From Candidatus Thorarchaeota archaeon (lineage in GTDB: Archaea > Asgardarchaeota > Heimdallarchaeia > Heimdallarchaeales > Heimdallarchaeaceae): DNA of 32,000 bases. A program made the translations under genes and the position numbers. Every line of letters starts with the position of its first letter. Position 1 is the stretch's first letter. Of this stretch, positions 29,203-32,000 are shown piece after piece. The notes beneath the pieces were generated by a model, which was not told the DNA's origin, made no database searches, and saw nothing but the letters and a program-made list of their open reading frames with translations. The DNA is taken from the NCBI GenBank assembly GCA_048883065.1, contig JBHLQZ010000003.1, positions 7,096-39,095 of the forward strand, in the 5' to 3' direction.

Positions 29203-30312
29203 ATGAAAAGAATCATGAAATGGTTTAGTAATAGAGTAATTGGTGAACCCTCAAAAGGGTGTCAGTTATGTTCTCTTGGATCTAAACTTGTTCTCTTTAT
29301 TACAGGAGAATGTGATTCAAATTGCTTTTATTGTCCTCTCTCAAAAGAAAAACGAAAAGATCTGATTTATGCAAATGAACAGCTTATTACTTCAGTTCAA
29401 GAAGCAATTCATGAGGCAAAGATGATTTCAGCTTTAGGTGTTGGAATTACGGGAGGAGAACCTACACACTCAATATCGAGAGTTCTTTCCTACATTTCAG
29501 AGTTAAAAAAGGAATTTGGAAACTCATTTCATTGTCATCTTTACACTTCTCATGCAATTCCTGTGAATCAACTTAATCAACTTCATAAAGCAGGATTAGA
29601 TGAAATTCGGTTTCATCCTCCACGATTAAATCTCTCTAAAGGTATCAAGTCCTCGATCACTCAAGCGAGAAAACTAAATTGGGAAGTCGGTATAGAAATC
29701 CCTGTTATTCCAGATGAAAAACAAAAAATAATTGATATTATAGATTATTCCATTGAAAACAATCTTGATTTTTTGAATTTAAATGAGCTAGAGATAACAG
29801 AAGCTAATTTTAATATTCTCGAAAAAAGAGGTTACAAAACAAAAAATACTGTTAGTGCAGCAGTACTAGGCAGCGAGAGTTTAGCTCACAATTTGTTGAA
29901 GAAGTACAAGAAATCAAAAATCACAATTCATTATTGTTCCTCTAGTTTTAAAGATAGCATTCAATTACGCAATAGGTATATACGACGGGCAAAAAATTAT
30001 GCAAAACCTTATGATGAAATTACTGATGAAGGTTTAATTGTTAGAGCTAGAATAATTGTGAATGAAAGTGAACAATTGGATAAAATACAAAGTGTTTTGA
30101 TTAATAAATACAAAGTAAATGAAGAATACTTAGAAATTAGGGAAGAATGTAATACAATTTATTTGAATTGGTATGATGCTCAGAAATATGGACAAGATTT
30201 GAATAAACAATTTCAAAATAAAATTAAATCAATTCACATAATACAACAGTATCCTTATCCAGATGGAATAATAACATATCTAGAACCAATAATTGAAGAT
30301 TATAATTCCTAA
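29203..30312 (+). CDS. radical SAM domain protein (function unknown)
   Basis: Radical-SAM motif CDSNCFYCP (CxxxCxxC) preceded by a CxxC (CQLCS), and a GGEP SAM-binding motif (ITGGEPT). Confidence 0.8.
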   Translation: MKRIMKWFSNRVIGEPSKGCQLCSLGSKLVLFITGECDSNCFYCPLSKEKRKDLIYANEQLITSVQEAIHEAKMISALGVGITGGEPTHSISRVLSYISELKKEFGNSFHCHLYTSHAIPVNQLNQLHKAGLDEIRFHPPRLNLSKGIKSSITQARKLNWEVGIEIPVIPDEKQKIIDIIDYSIENNLDFLNLNELEITEANFNILEKRGYKTKNTVSAAVLGSESLAHNLLKKYKKSKITIHYCSSSFKDSIQLRNRYIRRAKNYAKPYDEITDEGLIVRARIIVNESEQLDKIQSVLINKYKVNEEYLEIREECNTIYLNWYDAQKYGQDLNKQFQNKIKSIHIIQQYPYPDGIITYLEPIIEDYNS

Positions 30313-31400
30313 TTGTCTTTTATTGGAAATCGTAAAAGAGCTGCTATTCCCCCTAATTTTGAAAGCTGTTCCCCAGATTCATGATGGGTTGACATTAGTA
30401 CAGTATTTCCCCTCATTGCCGAATTTTCCTCCACTAATTTATCTATCTTCATTCTCTTAGAGATATCATCAATTCTAAGCTGATCATCACTAATTAGCAA
30501 GGTCTCAATTGCACCCATAGCTAGAGCATTTTTAACATTCTCAAAACCATATGTAACTGTTCCTGTATCTTGCCCTATTCTCTTGAAAACTTCTTCTAGC
30601 AACCTCGTTTCATATGCAACTCTTTGATCTTTTGCGATTTTTTCGGGAAGTTTTTTTGATAAGACTTCCTTTAATCCTACTCTTCCACCAGTGCTAACAT
30701 GAACCCTACTTATTTTTTCTGACAAAGCTGGATCTCTTGTTCTTATGAACTCATGGAAATTTTCAGGAGTAAAACCTGGTCCTGCTAAAATAATAGTTTG
30801 TGGGGTGTATTGCTGGTCAACATCGTTTAATATTTGCAATGTGTCGTTGAAGAATTGTCCCATTTCACTTGTGTGCTGTTTTGCATCACTAAATTTTCGT
30901 GTTACAGAATATGTGTACTCATTGATTATTTTAACTGAAAATTGTGTTACCATTGCTACACAAGCTGTATTGTCCTCAATAGTGACAACCAATATTTGCG
31001 CTAACATCGATGATTTTTCGATATCTTCAAGAATTTTCCTTTCTATGGGTCTCCATTCACTTTTTGTTATTCTTGCTTTTTCCATTAGAGACAATGATAA
31101 AGAATGATAGGTTCCAATACTTATTAAATCCTCAGGACCACTAACAATTGTTCCTTTTATTCGTAGATTGTCACCAAAACCATGGAATGCAAACTCCTCA
31201 ATTTCTATTTCAAGAGTCATCTTTATTCTCTCACCAGAATCAGCACGACCTTCTTCTTCTTTCCGTCTTATCCTTCTCGAAGTGGACGCTTTTATTTTGT
31301 CACCTATTTGGAGGATGCGATAGATGGCATAAAGATCATCAATATTTTCCGGAATTAATTCGACAAATCCATGTTTGTAATCCTTTTTGATGACTTTCAT
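30309..31400 (-). CDS. aPelota (Dom34 homologue), mRNA surveillance / ribosome rescue factor
   Basis: N-terminus MKVIKKDYKHGFVELIPENIDDLYAIYRIL is typical of Pelota, followed by eRF1-like central and C-terminal domains. The track start at 31445 is a GTG. ATG 31400 has a GGAGTG RBS about 13 nt upstream. Confidence 0.9.
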   Translation of the reverse strand: MKVIKKDYKHGFVELIPENIDDLYAIYRILQIGDKIKASTSRRIRRKEEEGRADSGERIKMTLEIEIEEFAFHGFGDNLRIKGTIVSGPEDLISIGTYHSLSLSLMEKARITKSEWRPIERKILEDIEKSSMLAQILVVTIEDNTACVAMVTQFSVKIINEYTYSVTRKFSDAKQHTSEMGQFFNDTLQILNDVDQQYTPQTIILAGPGFTPENFHEFIRTRDPALSEKISRVHVSTGGRVGLKEVLSKKLPEKIAKDQRVAYETRLLEEVFKRIGQDTGTVTYGFENVKNALAMGAIETLLISDDQLRIDDISKRMKIDKLVEENSAMRGNTVLMSTHHESGEQLSKLGGIAALLRFPIKDN

Positions 31401-31451
31401 CTTTTTTTCTACACTCCATGTTTTTACATAACAACTTAAAATCACAAACCA

Positions 31452-31889
31452 TCATTTTTGACCTTTGTGTTCATGTGATTTTATCAGTGTTGAAAAATCT
31501 AAACCTCGATCTTGAATGTCTGTAAAACTAACTCTATAGCTGTCGCCTTTACTTTTTATTAATCCATTAGGTACTGGAAGAAACATAAAATCAGTTCTCT
31601 TACCCACAAATTTAACACCTAAGAACGCTTTACCTCCAATTCTTTCTGCGAATTCCAATAATCCTTTAATTTGCGGTTCTTGGACATAAAAGACATCTTG
31701 CCGGCAGGTTTTAACTTCTAGAACTAAAATTAAATTCTTCTTAGCACAACCTGCTAATATGTCCGGTCTTGGCATTTTACTTGTTCCTGAAGAAGAAGGA
31801 GCTCTCATTACTGCAAAACCATTTTCCCATAAACGGTTTACAAGCATGCGTTCATAATCAGAAGCTCTTTTTTTGCTCAAGAATTTCAT
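31452..31889 (-). CDS. hjc: Holliday junction resolvase Hjc
   Basis: Hjc pattern: ASDYERMLVNRLWENGFAVMRAPSSSG ... PDILAG ... LVLEVK (nuclease E-x-K core). The size is about 145 aa. It lies directly upstream of pelota. Confidence 0.85.
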   Translation of the reverse strand: MKFLSKKRASDYERMLVNRLWENGFAVMRAPSSSGTSKMPRPDILAGCAKKNLILVLEVKTCRQDVFYVQEPQIKGLLEFAERIGGKAFLGVKFVGKRTDFMFLPVPNGLIKSKGDSYRVSFTDIQDRGLDFSTLIKSHEHKGQK

Positions 31890-32000
31890 CTCTAATGAAT
31901 TGTCACTATTAAGGATATACCTACATTTATGTTTAAAAATATGTTTCCTTTAATACGAATGAAATTTAGTAGAATAAAAATAGATTAACTGAATATTCAA

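Overview
This is an AT-rich, gene-dense archaeal chromosomal segment. The archaeal call rests on an Hjc resolvase, aPelota, a TtuA/NcsA-type tRNA thiolase, a ~330-nt SRP RNA, and TATA-box/oligo-T transcription signals. The lineage cannot be assigned from this window alone. The flanks are housekeeping genes. On the left are gyrB-gyrA, a MiaB/MtaB-type methylthiotransferase, an RPA32-like OB/winged-helix protein and a flavodoxin. On the right are an alpha/beta hydrolase, the tRNA thiolase, an M50 site-2 protease, a radical-SAM protein and a pelota-hjc pair. The centre (8.6-25.5 kb) is a [NiFe]-hydrogenase island. It starts with hypE-hypF. Next comes a translationally coupled six-gene membrane-arm operon (NuoH/A/J/K/L/N-like, + strand). 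This converges on a four-gene peripheral-arm operon on the - strand: a NuoC-like subunit, a large subunit with both Ni-Fe cysteine motifs intact, a NuoI-like 2x[4Fe-4S] subunit and a NuoB-like small subunit. After that come an unknown repeat protein, hypC-hypD, a second flavodoxin-like gene, a Cys-rich unknown protein and a HycI-type maturation protease. Two GC-rich islands in the AT-rich background are RNA genes, not the ORFs shown in the track. One is the SRP RNA (26588-26918, +). The other (8111-8291, -) is the most unusual object in the window: a 181-nt RNA gene with every 5S rRNA hallmark in circularly permuted order, with its own promoter and terminator. It sits divergently from a tRNA-Ser(GCU). 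I saw no CRISPR arrays, mobile elements or recognisable defence genes. Several ORF-track starts are TTG/GTG extensions, and I trimmed those to ATG codons preceded by GGAGG-like ribosome-binding sites.
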